A stretch of 55,662 nt of DNA, filler included, from Squatina squatina (lineage: Eukaryota), in NCBI GenBank assembly GCA_031763465.1. It is 4 parts of 4 records of this genome, joined end to end, with 100 filler letters (N's around TTAATTAATTAA, not from the genome) between each part and the next. Parts side by side here need not be neighbours in the genome. Positions count along the whole stretch, not along the records: positions 1 to 13,993 come from JARFOE010000004.1; 3 more parts are not named here. One strand, given 5' to 3'. A program made the translations under genes and the position numbers. The notes under the pieces were generated by a model, which saw nothing but the letters and a program-made list of their open reading frames with translations, searched no databases and was not told where the DNA came from. Of this stretch, positions 1-12,787 are shown in pieces (the stretch's first letter is position 1; each line of letters begins with the position of its first letter).

Positions 1-315
1 CTTATGGTCACTTAACCTTTTGAGGATTGAAACATATATTTTAACATATGTTTTCTACCATAGAACATAGGGAAAAAAAATCTATTAATATACAACACTA
101 GCAATCATAAGCAACAATTCAAAATGTTCTCCCAATAGCTGGAATTTAGTTTTTTGCTATAATTTAGAGCAGACTCAGATTTCATGAAGTGCAAAAGTCT
201 TTGAAATGTCTACATTTTGTTTCGTAGCAAAATGAATACATAGAAACTTGATAATATCTGTCGGAACTGTTACTAACATGTTCTGCAGATTCTACAAAGG
301 AAGAAATGCTCCTAC

Positions 316-418
316 CTTCCTGATAATCTGGGTTATCGTAATGCATTTCCATCATCACATAAATGGGATCGGTTGATGTTCCAAGTGAAAGCCCAACATT
401 GGGGGGATAGGAAAATCC
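316..418 (-). CDS. MOXD1: DBH-like monooxygenase 1, internal exon (human exon 6 equivalent)
   Basis: 103-bp exon, ctgcAG|...|GTagga on the minus strand. Translates GFSYPPNVGLSLGTSTDPIYVMMEMHYDNPDYQE(G), matching the remembered copper monooxygenase segment GFSYPPHVGLSLGTPLDPHYVLLEVHYDNP. Confidence 0.93.
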
Positions 419-516
419 CTGCAGTCATTACAGGAAAAAAGTTGTAAAACTAATAGTTACTTAATTTTGGATAATGGGATTGTACATAAACTTGAAAAAT
501 AAATTCTACAACCCAG

Positions 517-612
517 TTACAACAGTGACTACATTTCAAAAGTACTTCATTGGCTGTAAAATGCTTTGAGACGTCGTGAAAGATGCTATAGAAATGCAAG
601 TCTCTATTTCTT
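517..612 (+). mobile_element. DeuSINE (SacSINE1-like) 3' tail fragment
   Basis: ttacaacagtgactacatttcaaaagtacttcattggctgtaaaatgctttg...gctatagaaatgcaagtc closely matches the tail of the fuller copy at 24953-25390. Confidence 0.8.
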
Positions 613-1065
613 TCAGTGTTCAGAATGCCAAAAGCATTTACAAAATATCTATCAGGGATTGGGAGAGCTTAATAATAATTTTCTCTAGCATTGTAAAATT
701 CCTAATGTACAATGCAAAATATTACCCAAGGCAAAGTCTTCTGTACGTGATTGTTAATTTCTTAAATTATTTGGCAAATACACTGATGACACTGTGACAC
801 CAGTATCTGCTTCTTGTATATTTTGATGATTGTGTGTGCTTCCTTTGCTACAGTTTGCTGGTTATCTGCTAAAATGGTGTGTGAAATGGGTGGGAAAAAA
901 AAGACTCCAGCACTGAGAAGACACCAACAACATCGTATGGAGAAGGGAAGCAGTTATCGTGGTCAGCTCGACTAATCAGAATAACCGCTGCAGGCCAAGA
1001 AAAGAAAGCAACTCCAACCAATAACGAGCAGCTCCAACATGGCAAAGGATAAGTAGCAATCAACT

Positions 1066-1260
1066 GTGTTTTGGATGGAAAGAAGCATCTCGTTGTGTGA
1101 GCAAACATCCTTAGCAATCAAACTGATGAAGTCAAAGTACCGCTCACAACTGCTGGACAAAAAACTAGAAGTTGCACTAAGATGTGTTATGTCTGATAAA
1201 TCAATGCCAGAATTCCAGACTTTGAGCCTGAAGGAGAAAGATTACAAAATTTTGCACTGA
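1066..1260 (+). mobile_element. hAT (Charlie/SPIN/Buster-like) transposase C-terminal dimerisation-domain relic
   Basis: Peptide SLCEQTSLAIKLMKSKYRSQLLDKKLEVALRC...PEFQTL...H* fits the remembered hAT C-terminal pattern (YLCEQTFS.MK..KSK.RS.LTD..L...LR). No upstream catalytic domain is visible. Confidence 0.75.
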
Positions 1261-1904
1261 ATGGTGGTCGATGTTAAGAAAATATACACGTGAAGCACGC
1301 ACTGTATGTAAGGCATTTCCTACTAAAATTTGTGCACGTGGCTAAAACAGTGTTGCCACAGTCAGCGATTCTACTGGACAACACTGCTCAACAAGTAAGA
1401 AAGACGATTTTACTGCATCTTTGTTGGACTGAAAAATTACCCAAAAAATGCTCGGTTCACAGTATAAAAAGGAGCTGTGATGTACGTTTACGATATTATA
1501 ATAAGTTTTACTAAAAATAAGCAATTTCAAATAAACAATTGTTAATCTGTATCTACTATATCCTTAATCTCCAGAAACATGTCAACCATTCATTGACACA
1601 ATGATGTAGTCACAATGGACAAATCGGTTTTAAATGTGTCATCCTGATTGTGCTTAACTAAACAATTTGCAATTAGAGTTAAATAAATGAGCTTACCCCA
1701 CTAGTAAGGACGTACCTTTCCTCCGATTGCCCATGCTAAAATGATACTTTCACAATTAAAATAATCATCTGGCATATTGGAATGGTAGCATTCATGTCCA
1801 ACGCNNNNNNNNNNNNNNNNNNNNNNNNNNNNNNNNNNNNNNNNNNNNNNNNNNNNNNNNNNNNNNNNNNNNNNNNNNNNNNNNNNNNNNNNNNNNNNNN
1901 NNNN

Positions 1905-2062
1905 TCCCCTCCTACTCTCTCCCCCCTCCGATTCCCTCTCACTCTCTCTCTCTCCCCTGATTCACTCTCTTTCCTCCCCTCCCCTCCTCTCACTCCCCCT
2001 CTCTCTTCCCCCTCCAATTCCCTCTCTCTTTCCCCTTTCGATCCTTTCTCTTCCCCTCCCAC
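1905..2062. repeat. C/T-rich low-complexity tract
   Basis: Almost pure pyrimidine run next to a gap; explains the G/E/R- and S/P/L-rich ORFs here. Confidence 0.9.
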
Positions 2063-2420
2063 CTGCAGCCACCAACGGATCCAGTGACCTTCTCCTTACA
2101 GAGCAGAGGAAAGTGTGGCCCACGGTACAAGTCACAACAGCGTGCATGTGCAGAAGGCCGCAAAGATGCTGTGCAGATAGTCACAGCGCCGTCAATTCCA
2201 ACCACTAACTCACTAAGATGTATGAAACAGGGTCAAGACCTAACAGTAACCTGTTAGGCGTAAATAAATCAGGAATTCGAACAGACTGAAACAATACTCT
2301 CGGATTTATCCTCTACTGCCCTGTACTCCATGGCTCCATCCAATTGTTAAAATTGTAGCCTCTTATTTGTAGATATTGACAATTAAACATTTTTATTAAA
2401 TGAAAAGTTGTACTGCTTAC

Positions 2421-2504
2421 CCTTATTACATGATGCTTTTTGGTCAGGTTTGGTAGCTTAAAAATTTGACACCAGTAGGTGGTGTCCTTTTTAGGTATTG
2501 AGAC
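2421..2504 (-). CDS. MOXD1: DBH-like monooxygenase 1, internal exon (human exon 4 equivalent)
   Basis: 84-bp phase 0-0 exon, acAG|GTC...AGG|GTaagc. Translates VSIPKKDTTYWCQIFKLPNLTKKHHVIR versus remembered VPIPNKDTTYWCQMFKIPVFQEKHHVIK. Confidence 0.93.
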
Positions 2505-3329
2505 CTGTCTTGAACAAAATAAACCCAACAATTAAAAAATTATATTTTTCTGTTTAAAGGACTTTTTTTTGCAACACAAGAGAAAATAGAGAAATTATTC
2601 ATAATATTTACAAGTGGATTATTCCTAGGATTGTAGTCCTAGGCTGGATGCTATTAANNNNNNNNNNNNNNNNNNNNNNNNNNNNNNNNNNNNNNNNNNN
2701 NNNNNNNNNNNNNNNNNNNNNNNNNNNNNNNNNNNNNNNNNNNNNNNNNNNNNNNNNGTCTGATAAATACTGTTTCCTATGATTAACAGCAAGATTTGCA
2801 TCACTTCCTCCATTCATATACATCAAGGGAAAATTAATTCGTTTCTCTTGGAGTTTTCATCCTATTAAGAGCAATGAAATGTCTTTTGGTGTTCAAAGAA
2901 TGAGGAAAAGATAGTAAAGCATGAATTTCTCAAAGTTTTTGGAGGCAAAAAACAATGGCACCAACTTGCTCATGGCTATATTATTTTTCCTTATTGTTGG
3001 TAACTGATTATCACCATCTTAAAGCCAGAGACAAGATTGGGTTATTTGGCAGTGGCTCTTACAATAGATAAAATGCTCACAAAAAAAAATCATATTTTAT
3101 GTAGAGGAAAATTCAGGTCATAATTTCTGTAGGTCCTAACTAAAGAATACAGGAACTATGTCATAACTATGGAATTCTGTACTCCAAAATACAAAAAGAA
3201 TGAAAAATGCATGGATGTAATTTGGTACAGTAATTCCATAAATTCTTTACCTGCTATGGCTTTGTCTTGTTCACTACTGTAAGATCACAAATCACAGTAT
3301 ATAAAAAATGTAGAATGAAAAAATCATAC

Positions 3330-3479
3330 CGTTATAATCTTATCTTTATTGTCACATGTATTCAAATCTCGTGAGAAAGCGATGATTGTGTGTGTATTGT
3401 TTTCCATGCCATACTCAAGGCGATAATCCTGATGGTGGTCCTTATTCAGTTTTCCATCAAAGTTCAAAGTATTATAATC
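3330..3479 (-). CDS. MOXD1: DBH-like monooxygenase 1, DOMON-domain exon (human exon 2 equivalent)
   Basis: 150-bp exon, ttttaacAG|...|GTatga. Translates DYNTLNFDGKLNKDHHQDYRLEYGMENNTHTIIAFSRDLNTCDNKDKIIT versus remembered DYFTNANRELKKDAQQDYHLEYAMENSTHTIIEFTRELHTCDINDKSIT. Confidence 0.92.
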
Positions 3480-3586
3480 CTGTTAAAATATAAATAAGAT
3501 GAAAGGTTGCAATATGGAGGTAAACTTCTGTAGAAATACACTTTTAGGAAAAACTCCAGAATTATGCTGCTGCTTTTACAATAAAA

Positions 3587-3681
3587 CAATTTGTATTTAT
3601 ATAGCACCTTTAACGTAGTGAAACATCACAAGGCACTTCACAGGAGTATTATGAGATAAAAAAATTTAACACTGAGCTGCA
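3587..3681 (-). mobile_element. L2-type LINE 3' end
   Basis: tttatatagcacctttaacgtagtgaaacatcacaaggcacttcacaggag matches the termini at 28018 and 48387. Confidence 0.75.
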
Positions 3682-5950
3682 NNNNNNNNNNNNNNNNNNN
3701 NNNNNNNNNNNNNNNNNNNNNNNNNNNNNNNNNNNNNNNNNNNNNNNNNNNNNNNNNNNNNNNNNNNNNNNNNNNNNNNNNTTGATCATGAAGGATATTA
3801 CTTTTGGTAAATTGATTTTCCATTGAAAGGATAAGCATATCACCACTTTGAAGTTGTTTCAAAATTTGGCCAATACTCTGTGCATACACTCATCAGAATC
3901 ACAAGATTTGACTTAAGAAGGAAAGAGAATCTAGCCAGATTAACATAAAAGACAGTTAAATACAGGTTAGTGGTCTGAACCATGATCCAAAACACTGAAA
4001 TATAAACATCAGGTGTAAAAAGCAAAACCAATTCAGCTGTACTAAAATGGGAATAGGACACCCAGATTTATTAAGGAAATGGATCACTTTTAATGGGCCT
4101 TTTCTTTTTGTGAGTGAGAGTCAAGAAATACACCAAACACAGTTGCAGTTGAACTTGGAACAGTTGCAAGAAGACTTTGCAAGAATAATAGTTTGAAATA
4201 GGAGCAGAGAGCACAATCCAGAAAATGAGTTCAAAAGCAACCACCTTGGAAGGGAACCAGCTATTACAGACCACACATTCTTAGCCTATGAGTTATAGCA
4301 GCTCGGGCGGCTTCACAACTCTCAGTAGACTGGTCATCAAAGCATTTAGATAAAGCAACAGATGGCTTCTCAAAACACAGAGCCTTCCTTCAAAAGAATC
4401 ATCTTGGGATAGTTAAATAAACAACATGCAAAATGCATGACAATCATTTTGTCATCATTGTTCTTCCAATCAATGTTCCCAATCAAAGTTNNNNNNNNNN
4501 NNNNNNNNNNNNNNNNNNNNNNNNNNNNNNNNNNNNNNNNNNNNNNNNNNNNNNNNNNNNNNNNNNNNNNNNNNNNNNNNNNNNNNNNNNCTGACATTGA
4601 CAACATTTTTAACAACAGAACATCGTTTCGCCAGACTTTGTATACTCGATTCATTTTCTTTTATTCCATCTCTCCGGTATTTCCTCTCTTTTCCATAAAC
4701 ACTGTTTTGATTACTGATGCTTCTCCACACTCAAGTGTGCATAATGTATCTTTGTCTCTTTATTTCTCTCTTGCCCCCTCCATTTTGTTCTTGTATAGTT
4801 ACTGATGCCTCTGTCCTCCCCTTAGCCCAATTCAATTAACCTCCTCCTTTTAACTCAGCTTGCTCTCTGGTGCACTTGGTTTTAATGCTCATGTGTAGCA
4901 CCACAGGAGATGACCTGGTAGTTCAATTTTTAAAAAAAAACAACATTGTCGAGAGGAAAATAAAAGGGGGAAGGAAAAAGAAAATCTGCAGTCCAGCTGC
5001 TTAGTTAATAATATTTGTGTGTTGAAGTGTTGTCCTGGATATTATTGGCCTGGGGACATGTTGGCTTTCCTTCTGCCAGTCCATAAATAGTGTAACATAC
5101 TCTGTCCTTTCCACCCAGCTGTATTGGAATGATTGCTGTTTGAAGACTGGCATACGTATATATAAAAAGGAGCAATAAATGATTGTTTTGAGAGCAGCCT
5201 TGAGATGCCAAAGTAATCACATCAAACAGTTAGCTGAACAAAGGGAATAAGTCATGGTTTCTAATGTTCTACAGTTGAGTCACAGAGAAAAATGCTTGGC
5301 ATGGACAGGACTGGAAGGGGTTGGGGAGAGAAAAGAACAACTAAATAGTGGAGGAAAATGGATGCTTGAAGTGACGAAGATAGAATTTAGAAAACAAAGT
5401 CAAAAGATTGAAATAAATGTAGAACATTATTGCTGGGATGATAGAAGTGAGGAATAGAGCCAAATATCAGCAAAGTAGGAAACTGGCATTAAGGAACAGT
5501 AACCTTCGTAAGCAGTAGGCTGGGGTGCCAAATATAAATCTGCACTTAAACTGCCACTTTTGAATCAGTGCAAAGTGGTTTTAGGTTCACATCAATGCAA
5601 AAGTGCCAGTGTAACTCCAGAATTGGGGCAATCCCCTTTTCTTTTCTCCACCCCACCCTTCTTCATTGGATCCCTGGATTAACCTCTCTGTTGATTCTCC
5701 TCTCTTTGGTCCTCTGCCTTCCACTGCACAGCCTCCAGCAGTGTGCCACTGATGCTCTGCCTGTTGAACAGCTTCTGGATTTACTCAACGACTACNNNNN
5801 NNNNNNNNNNNNNNNNNNNNNNNNNNNNNNNNNNNNNNNNNNNNNNNNNNNNNNNNNNNNNNNNNNNNNNNNNNNNNNNNNNNNNNNNNNNNNNNCATTC
5901 ATTGTCCATTCCAAACAGTGATGAATGCCGACACACTGGGTTAAACTTAC

Positions 5951-6082
5951 CTCCAGAATTCCAGTGCGGAAACACAAGAACCAAGCAATGGCATAAACAG
6001 GTCAGGGTTATTGAACAACGTTATGTTGCTGAAATATTTGACTTTTACGGTAACCCCATCTTTTGAGAAGCTTGTGTAATAC
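5951..6082 (-). CDS. candidate exon of an unidentified gene
   Basis: 132 bp between gtttgtgtAG and a consensus AG|GTAAGT donor. Only one frame is open (phase 2-2): YYTSFSKDGVTVKVKYFSNITLFNNPDLFMPLLGSCVSALEFW. Product not recognised. Confidence 0.5.
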
Positions 6083-7949
6083 CTACACAAACACATGCAG
6101 AGCATCTCTAAGCAAAGAACAGAAGATCAACTTGTACCCACCACATTCCCCTGAGAGGTGATCAATACTTGAATACTAGTCGCTGTATGATAAATGCAGC
6201 TGGAGGGAAGGTGGTGTAAATTACCACCATCAACTGCTACCACTTCATCTTGCCATGTAGTCAGCTGGAGACATTTTATTTTCACAGTTTCAAACATCTT
6301 CCTTCAACTTGTACAGTGGATTCAACATCTATTTGTAATCCTCTGCCATCCTCGGTGTAAATTAAAAGGCAATCAATGTTTTAAAAAGAAAACCAATCTT
6401 TAACCACCTTTTAGCAATGCTGTGTTTAAAAATGGAAATTGTCATACTGGGGGAAATTTTTCTGTGAGCTAATTGTGTCACAATTTCAATAGAATGTACA
6501 TATATTTACACCTAACTCATAGAATATACCTTCATTAATATAATATATATGATATCTTCATACTTGGTGAGAAATTAGTGTGATTTCATTAGTAATGACT
6601 TCTTATAAATAAGATACATAGAATTCCATCTCCATCCCAGATCTACAACCAAAATCACAGTCCAACTTACAAAATCATCAACATCATAACTATGATTAGA
6701 AATGAAAATGAATTGTCCATACTATATTAAAAGTCTTAAAACCTTTGTGCATTTCCTGTCTNNNNNNNNNNNNNNNNNNNNNNNNNNNNNNNNNNNNNNN
6801 NNNNNNNNNNNNNNNNNNNNNNNNNNNNNNNNNNNNNNNNNNNNNNNNNNNNNNNNNNNNNCTTTTGACAACGCTACAATCAATTTCACATTGAGGAAGC
6901 AAAAGTTCTCGCCACAGAGATCGCAAGATCTCTATGGGCAGTTTTCTTCGAGGTCAGTGGTGATTGCTATCGCTTCGCTATTGACTGCAAATTACGGGCT
7001 ATTATTGAATCTGCTTCCACCACCCTTTCAGGCAGTGCATTCCAGATCATAACAACTCAGTGCGTAATTATTTTTTCCTCATGACGCCTCTGGTTCTTTT
7101 GCTTAAATTTGTGTCCTCAGGTTACCAACCTTTCATGCGACCTAACAGGTGGTCCTTAAAGTGACCACTGTAGGCTGCAACCAACAAGGTGTTTAAAATA
7201 TACTTAACTAAATGTAGAGCCAGGAGGACTGGTGTTGACAACCATGCCCACCCCTGCTTTGCAACATCACCAACCACACCGTCCCCACCCCAGATCGCTG
7301 CTTTCTCCAGCCACCTCTGGTAAATCGTCCATTTAATGTATAGTCGTTTTCACAAAAGCATTCTAACAAGTAAAGTTGAAATAATAAATCAAGAATTGAG
7401 ACAATAACTGCTATGTAACACAGAAAATCTTAACATTTCTAAGGGCATATTCTGTGATCCGATGCCCGGAATGGGGAGTGGCACTTTTTGGGATTGCATT
7501 GACTGCACAGCCTATGATTTCCATCCGTTAATGTTAAGCACCTGGTTGCAGAATCATTCCTTATGCAGAATGACTTTAAATTACAAAATTGCTCATCAGC
7601 AAAATATATGGAGAAACATTATTCTGTATTTAGCTCAGGATTATGTATTTTGATATACTTACAGCGTACTAGTTAATTATTTTTAAACCACATGTTACTG
7701 CAGCCTAACTTATTACTTTCTAGATAAACCATACTAGCCTTTTGTGGTTTCTTCTATTATTGATACCAAAAAAAATTTGAATTTCTTTGTGTATGTATTT
7801 GTGTATCTGTAGGGATTAATTAAGTAGTTTTGGGCTCCATTCGTCAGTGGTCCATAGGGATATCTTCCCTTTGCAGCAAAACTGAATTAAAATATCTTCT
7901 ATGAAACTGTTCCAAATAGTCACTATTTTTATGGCTTACATTTCTACAG

Positions 7950-8068
7950 GAAAGTGAACCAGACAGCATTGATGAAAAGCAGACAATCATTAGGACTGAC
8001 GAGGAATCCATCTCCAGCAGTGAGAGAAAACCATTGCCAAAAGCCAAGTTCACCAGACGGAAACCCTT
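7950..8068 (+). CDS. weak candidate exon, unidentified
   Basis: tttctacAG acceptor and GTacgt donor; two frames open, e.g. ESEPDSIDEKQTIIRTDEESISSSERKPLPKAKFTRRKP. No recognised homology. Confidence 0.3.
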
Positions 8069-9679
8069 GTACGTGTATTCAAGCCACAATCCTTACAGTA
8101 TAGACTCAGATGTTAAGACAAAATACACTATGATAATCTCAGTCATATTCTCTGTACAATTCATTCAGTTTTGTCTGAAGTTTGAATGTCTGTGTAAAGA
8201 CTGCATATGGTTAACATGCTTTTGTAGTGATTTTACAGTTGGACAGACTTCCAGTGACTCACACTGACAACATTGAGCAATGATTTAAAAATTCCATTCT
8301 TCTTGATCCTTTAGAAACATATTACTTGGAAGAACAGATGATATAACTGTACAGGCATTTGTCTGATAGCCATTATATCAGTATCCAGATAGTGGGAGCT
8401 GTGAAAATTGTTAAAAGCAAAATCTGCACTTATTTATAATATGAACATTGATTGTTGATCATGGTTTGTAGAATTGGCCAGGGAGCCAATTGATTCCTGG
8501 GGCTTTTTCTATATTGGAACTAACTGCCCTTATAATTACCCTTTAATTTAATTTAAGCTCTTTGGTTTAATAGTTACAGGTGGGGATATAGTGCTCTGTG
8601 GGATAAATATCAGAAACCATTTCTTTCTGTTATATTTTATTGAAAGGATAGGGTTAGCGTTTGTTTTCAACATAATCCTTTCCACAAACAGGTCAGAAGA
8701 AGAGTTTGCTGGAGAAGACTGCAACATTTAGCATCACTCTGGCTCTTTTCTGACCATTCCTCAGATTTAAAGTAGAATCTACAGTAGCACTGTATGTCCA
8801 ATAGATATTTGTGAGCAGGTTTCCACTGTGATGTGGTATTGTAGACACGCAAATATTTACAGACCAGTGAGTGGGGGAGTGTGTTAAATGATGTGCCAAA
8901 GTTTCACATTGTGCAACCAGGAAGTACAAAATGCTATTCTAGAGAAATTGTGCTTTAAGGATATTTTGATACAAGTATATTTTGATAAAATGTTAATTTT
9001 AATTTTCTTGGGCAAGCTTTACAAACTCCTATTTTCACATTCATTCATATCGTAGTGAGTCAACCTACTGTGATACAATTCTGCATGGATAGGATGACTC
9101 ACAAATCTCAACAATTAAATGGGAATTTGATAATTTATGGTTAGAAAGGGGAAAGTATTACAGGTGTGTGGGAAAAATATGTATCACAGTTAATACTTGT
9201 TGTGGTATAGGTTGCCAGCTCTGCTTTCCTAAGGCTGAGTTTCGAATGTAATAATATGTAACAGGACATATCCAACTATATAACAGCTTACTTGCTCATA
9301 CTAACTTACTGTTAACTACACTTCTTACTGTATGATCATCTAACTGCATGATACACTAATGATTATACATGCTGGACTATAACAATGTGAAGTGGTCAGC
9401 AGTTTATTTTGTGCATTAGCAGGGCAATTGTTCAGAATATGGAAACATCAGTTTGGCAAGTTTTATAAACTGATCAGTAAAATAGACTTGAGTTCTATTT
9501 TCAGCCAGGACCTAGTAAGACTGAACTTCCATGGTTAGCGCTTTCCTTCCAAAGGATTAAAAAAGCAAGTTCCATATATACGCTGGCAGCACCCAACTCT
9601 ACCTCTCCACCACCTTCACTGCTTGCTTATCTGACACCTACCCCTGCATGAGCCGTTATTTCCTTCAGTTAAATATTAG

Positions 9680-9922
9680 GAAGATTGAAGCCATTGCCCT
9701 TGCAACCTTGACATCCTGTTTGATCCTGACTTGAGCTTTCGAAACCATATCCTCTCCAGCACTAAGACTGCTTGCTTCTACCTCTGTAACATCGCCCATC
9801 TCTGTCTGTGCCTCAGCCCATCTGCTGCTGAAAACCTCATCCAGACTTGACCATTCCAACGCTCTCCCAGCCGGCCTCCCATCCTCCACCCCTCAAACTT
9901 GAGCTCATCCAAACTCATATAG
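9680..9922 (+). mobile_element. L2-type LINE fragment (degenerate ORF2 C-terminal region)
   Basis: ...tttgatcctgacttgagc...aacatcgccc...ccagacttgaccattccaacgctctcc... resembles the reverse complement of the inner part of the 48387-49080 element. Confidence 0.75.
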
Positions 9923-10996
9923 NNNNNNNNNNNNNNNNNNNNNNNNNNNNNNNNNNNNNNNNNNNNNNNNNNNNNNNNNNNNNNNNNNNNNNNNNNNNNN
10001 NNNNNNNNNNNNNNNNNNNNNNTTAGCATATGAAAGAGAAAGTTCAGTTAGTATTTCAGGTGTCCCTTTAGCAGAACTTATTATTTTAACATTTTCTTTA
10101 GAAATTGGTAAAACCTGAAAATTTGCGAGGAGGCCAACCCCACTCTGGTAGCAACTGAAATAACAAATTTACTAAGCCTTTGATATTTTGATTTGGACAG
10201 AGTAAAAGGGTTTATAAATTTTAACAAACAGATTTATCAAAGTGTTTAATCAGAACGCATTTCAATTTGGATTCATTCCGCTACTTTGCAGGTTTTTTCA
10301 TTCCAGTATTAAATTTACCTTTTCATTATGTTTGAGAAAAACCTTTTAAGTGATGTTTTTGGCATTTTACTTTACCTTTTTCATCAACGCTACAGTCTTG
10401 GTTCTTAAGCATTACACAAGAACAGTCTCTATCTTACTGTTTACTCAGCTGTTCTACTATGACTTGTACAAACTGTTTTTCTCCACAGCTCTGTTCTTTG
10501 TATTGCATTTGGTCTGATGAACATTTTGTGAATTTTGAGAGTAATGTTTGAGATTAGGCTTAGACATGCTACAATGTTTCTCACAGCACCTGAGAGAAGA
10601 ACATCTAAAGTAGCAATGAGATATTAGTGCTAGGAATTAACCTTTTGAGTTTTGTTCTTGCATTTCAGAACTAAAATCATATAATTATATTAACATGAAC
10701 TATGCTTTTTAAATTTCATTGGCAAAATACGATTAAGTTGTATAAATTTCTTGAATGTCATTTTATATCACATATCACTGGTCACTTAAGCAGAATAATT
10801 TTTAGGGGGAGCTTTAACTCCTCGGCGGTCGACTGGCGGGAGGCACAGACAGACCACCTGGGAGGTGCAAGGGGCATCCTCGTCCACTTTGCTGACNNNN
10901 NNNNNNNNNNNNNNNNNNNNNNNNNNNNNNNNNNNNNNNNNNNNNNNNNNNNNNNNNNNNNNNNNNNNNNNNNNNNNNNNNNNNNNNNNNNNNNNN

Positions 10997-11070
10997 ATAT
11001 TGTTCCTGTGAAGCACCTTGGGATGTTTTACTATGTGAAAGGTGCTATATTAGCGCACGTTGTTGTTGTA
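10997..11070 (+). mobile_element. L2-type LINE 3' tail
   Basis: cctgtgaagcaccttgggatgttttactatgtgaaaggtgctatat...gttgttgttg, the same tail as 26470-26550. Confidence 0.7.
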
Positions 11071-12204
11071 CGTAACTACCACAGATTAGTAAAATCAGAG
11101 ATGGTAAGTATAAAGTTCTTCAAGAATTATCAACTTCATATTTAAGTATGGTATTTACTGAGAAAAAATACAGAAAGTTGCAGATATATATTAAGAGTAA
11201 ATTATAGTTTTCCCACGTACAATCTTTGTTTTACTTGCTTGCTATATTTTCAGGAGAATGGATTTGGAGTTACAGGGCCATTGCAAAGAAGATGCACCCT
11301 GTGTGGTTAATTAGTTAAACATAGCTGTCCACTGTAATAAAAAAAATAACATATAAACTGTGAGATTGAGATTGAATCAGTCTATATGAATGGATGGAGT
11401 ACACACAGTTTATTTTATACCTAAATGATGTAAGTGCAGATTGCAGTGCCATTACTTTCATGACTATACAGTATTCACTTGTTCAGAATCTGTCTTGGCA
11501 GAATGTTTAAGGATGCTAAAGTTTTTGGACAATACCCCAACTTCACTGAAATATTTACTATCTGGCATATGTGTACAGATTTGGTCCCTTAGCAGTTGTA
11601 ATTGCAACTTTATTGTTAACATTCTTTTGATCTGAAAAGACATCGATAGAGAGAACTGTGGCACCTTGGTTAAATATTGCCTTATTTGGTAGAAATGCTG
11701 TAACCGACTTTTAGCTGCATAATTATGTCTGTAGTCATACCCTATAGCTTATAATTGAAGAGATTACTTGTCATTTGTAAGGAATGTACTGTATCTTCAG
11801 TAAGACATTTTTGCTTTCTGAACCACATTCTAGCAATATAATTGCTATCTATACAAACGCTCATACATTAGTCACACAAGTTAAATCGGTTCTGTATAAA
11901 TAAATGACAGCAGCTTTCTTGAACATTTTTCCGACAGATCTTGAACTAAGTTCAGAAAATTTGACAATCTTCAACCGAATTCTTTATTGTAAAGCAATAG
12001 TTAGATTTTTAACATTTGTATTTCAGTAACATTTTTGTGAAACATATGGTGTAATCAAAATCATGTTTATATTAAGTTGTTTACTCAAAGAGTTGGATGA
12101 GCTCATGGTTTAAAATCTCCTATGTGAGTGCAGCATTCATGTTAACTCTGTGTTCTTCTGAAATTTTAAAAACAAACAGCAATAAACCTCACTCTGCTGA
12201 ACAA

Positions 12205-12391
12205 AAATTTGTTCCTGGGATGTGGGCATAGTTGGCAAGGGCAGCATTTATTGCCCATCCCAATTGCCCTTGAGAAGGTGGTGGTGAGCCGCCTTCGTGA
12301 ACCACTGCAGTCCGTGTGAGGAAGGTACTCCCATAGTGCTGTTAGGGAGGGAGTTCCAGGATTTTGACCCAGCGACGATGAAGGAACGGCG
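12205..12391 (-). mobile_element. LINE (probably CR1 clade) 3' end
   Basis: Minus strand reads ...KSWNSLP... then aaggcggctcaccaccaccttctcaagggcaattgggatgggcaataaatgctgcc..., a LINE terminus I recall as common in shark genomes. Clade assignment is uncertain. Confidence 0.7.
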
Positions 12392-12491
12392 NNNNNNNNN
12401 NNNNNNNNNNNNNNNNNNNNNNNNNNNNNNNNNNNNNNNNNNNNNNNNNNNNNNNNNNNNNNNNNNNNNNNNNNNNNNNNNNNNNNNNNNN

Positions 12492-12787
12492 TACAATCCT
12501 CCAAGAGCTCTGCTTTTCTCTGACTGTGGCCTCTTGTGCAAACCCCATCGCTTTGCCCCACTTTTGGCAGTGTGGTTGCAGCAGTCTTGGCCCTAAGCCT
12601 GGGAATTCCTTCCCTAAACCTCCCTCATTCTTTAAGACCCTCCTTAAAACCCATCCCTTTGACCATGCTTTTAGACCCCTCCCTGTTATCTCTTTCTTTG
12701 GCTGTGCCAATTCTTTCAGGTTAGGTTTCTGTGAAGTTTCTGGGGCGCGTTTCTATGTTAAAGTTGCTATATAAATCCAAGTTATTG
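12492..12787 (+). mobile_element. L2-type LINE 3' end
   Basis: ggcctcttgtgca...ccctaagcctgggaattccttccctaaacc...tttaagaccctccttaaaacc...gctatataaatccaagtt aligns by eye with 26225-26550. Confidence 0.8.

Noticed and set aside
1736-2205. G/E/R-rich and S/P/L-rich ORFs
   Set aside because: They derive from a low-complexity pyrimidine tract and a gap.
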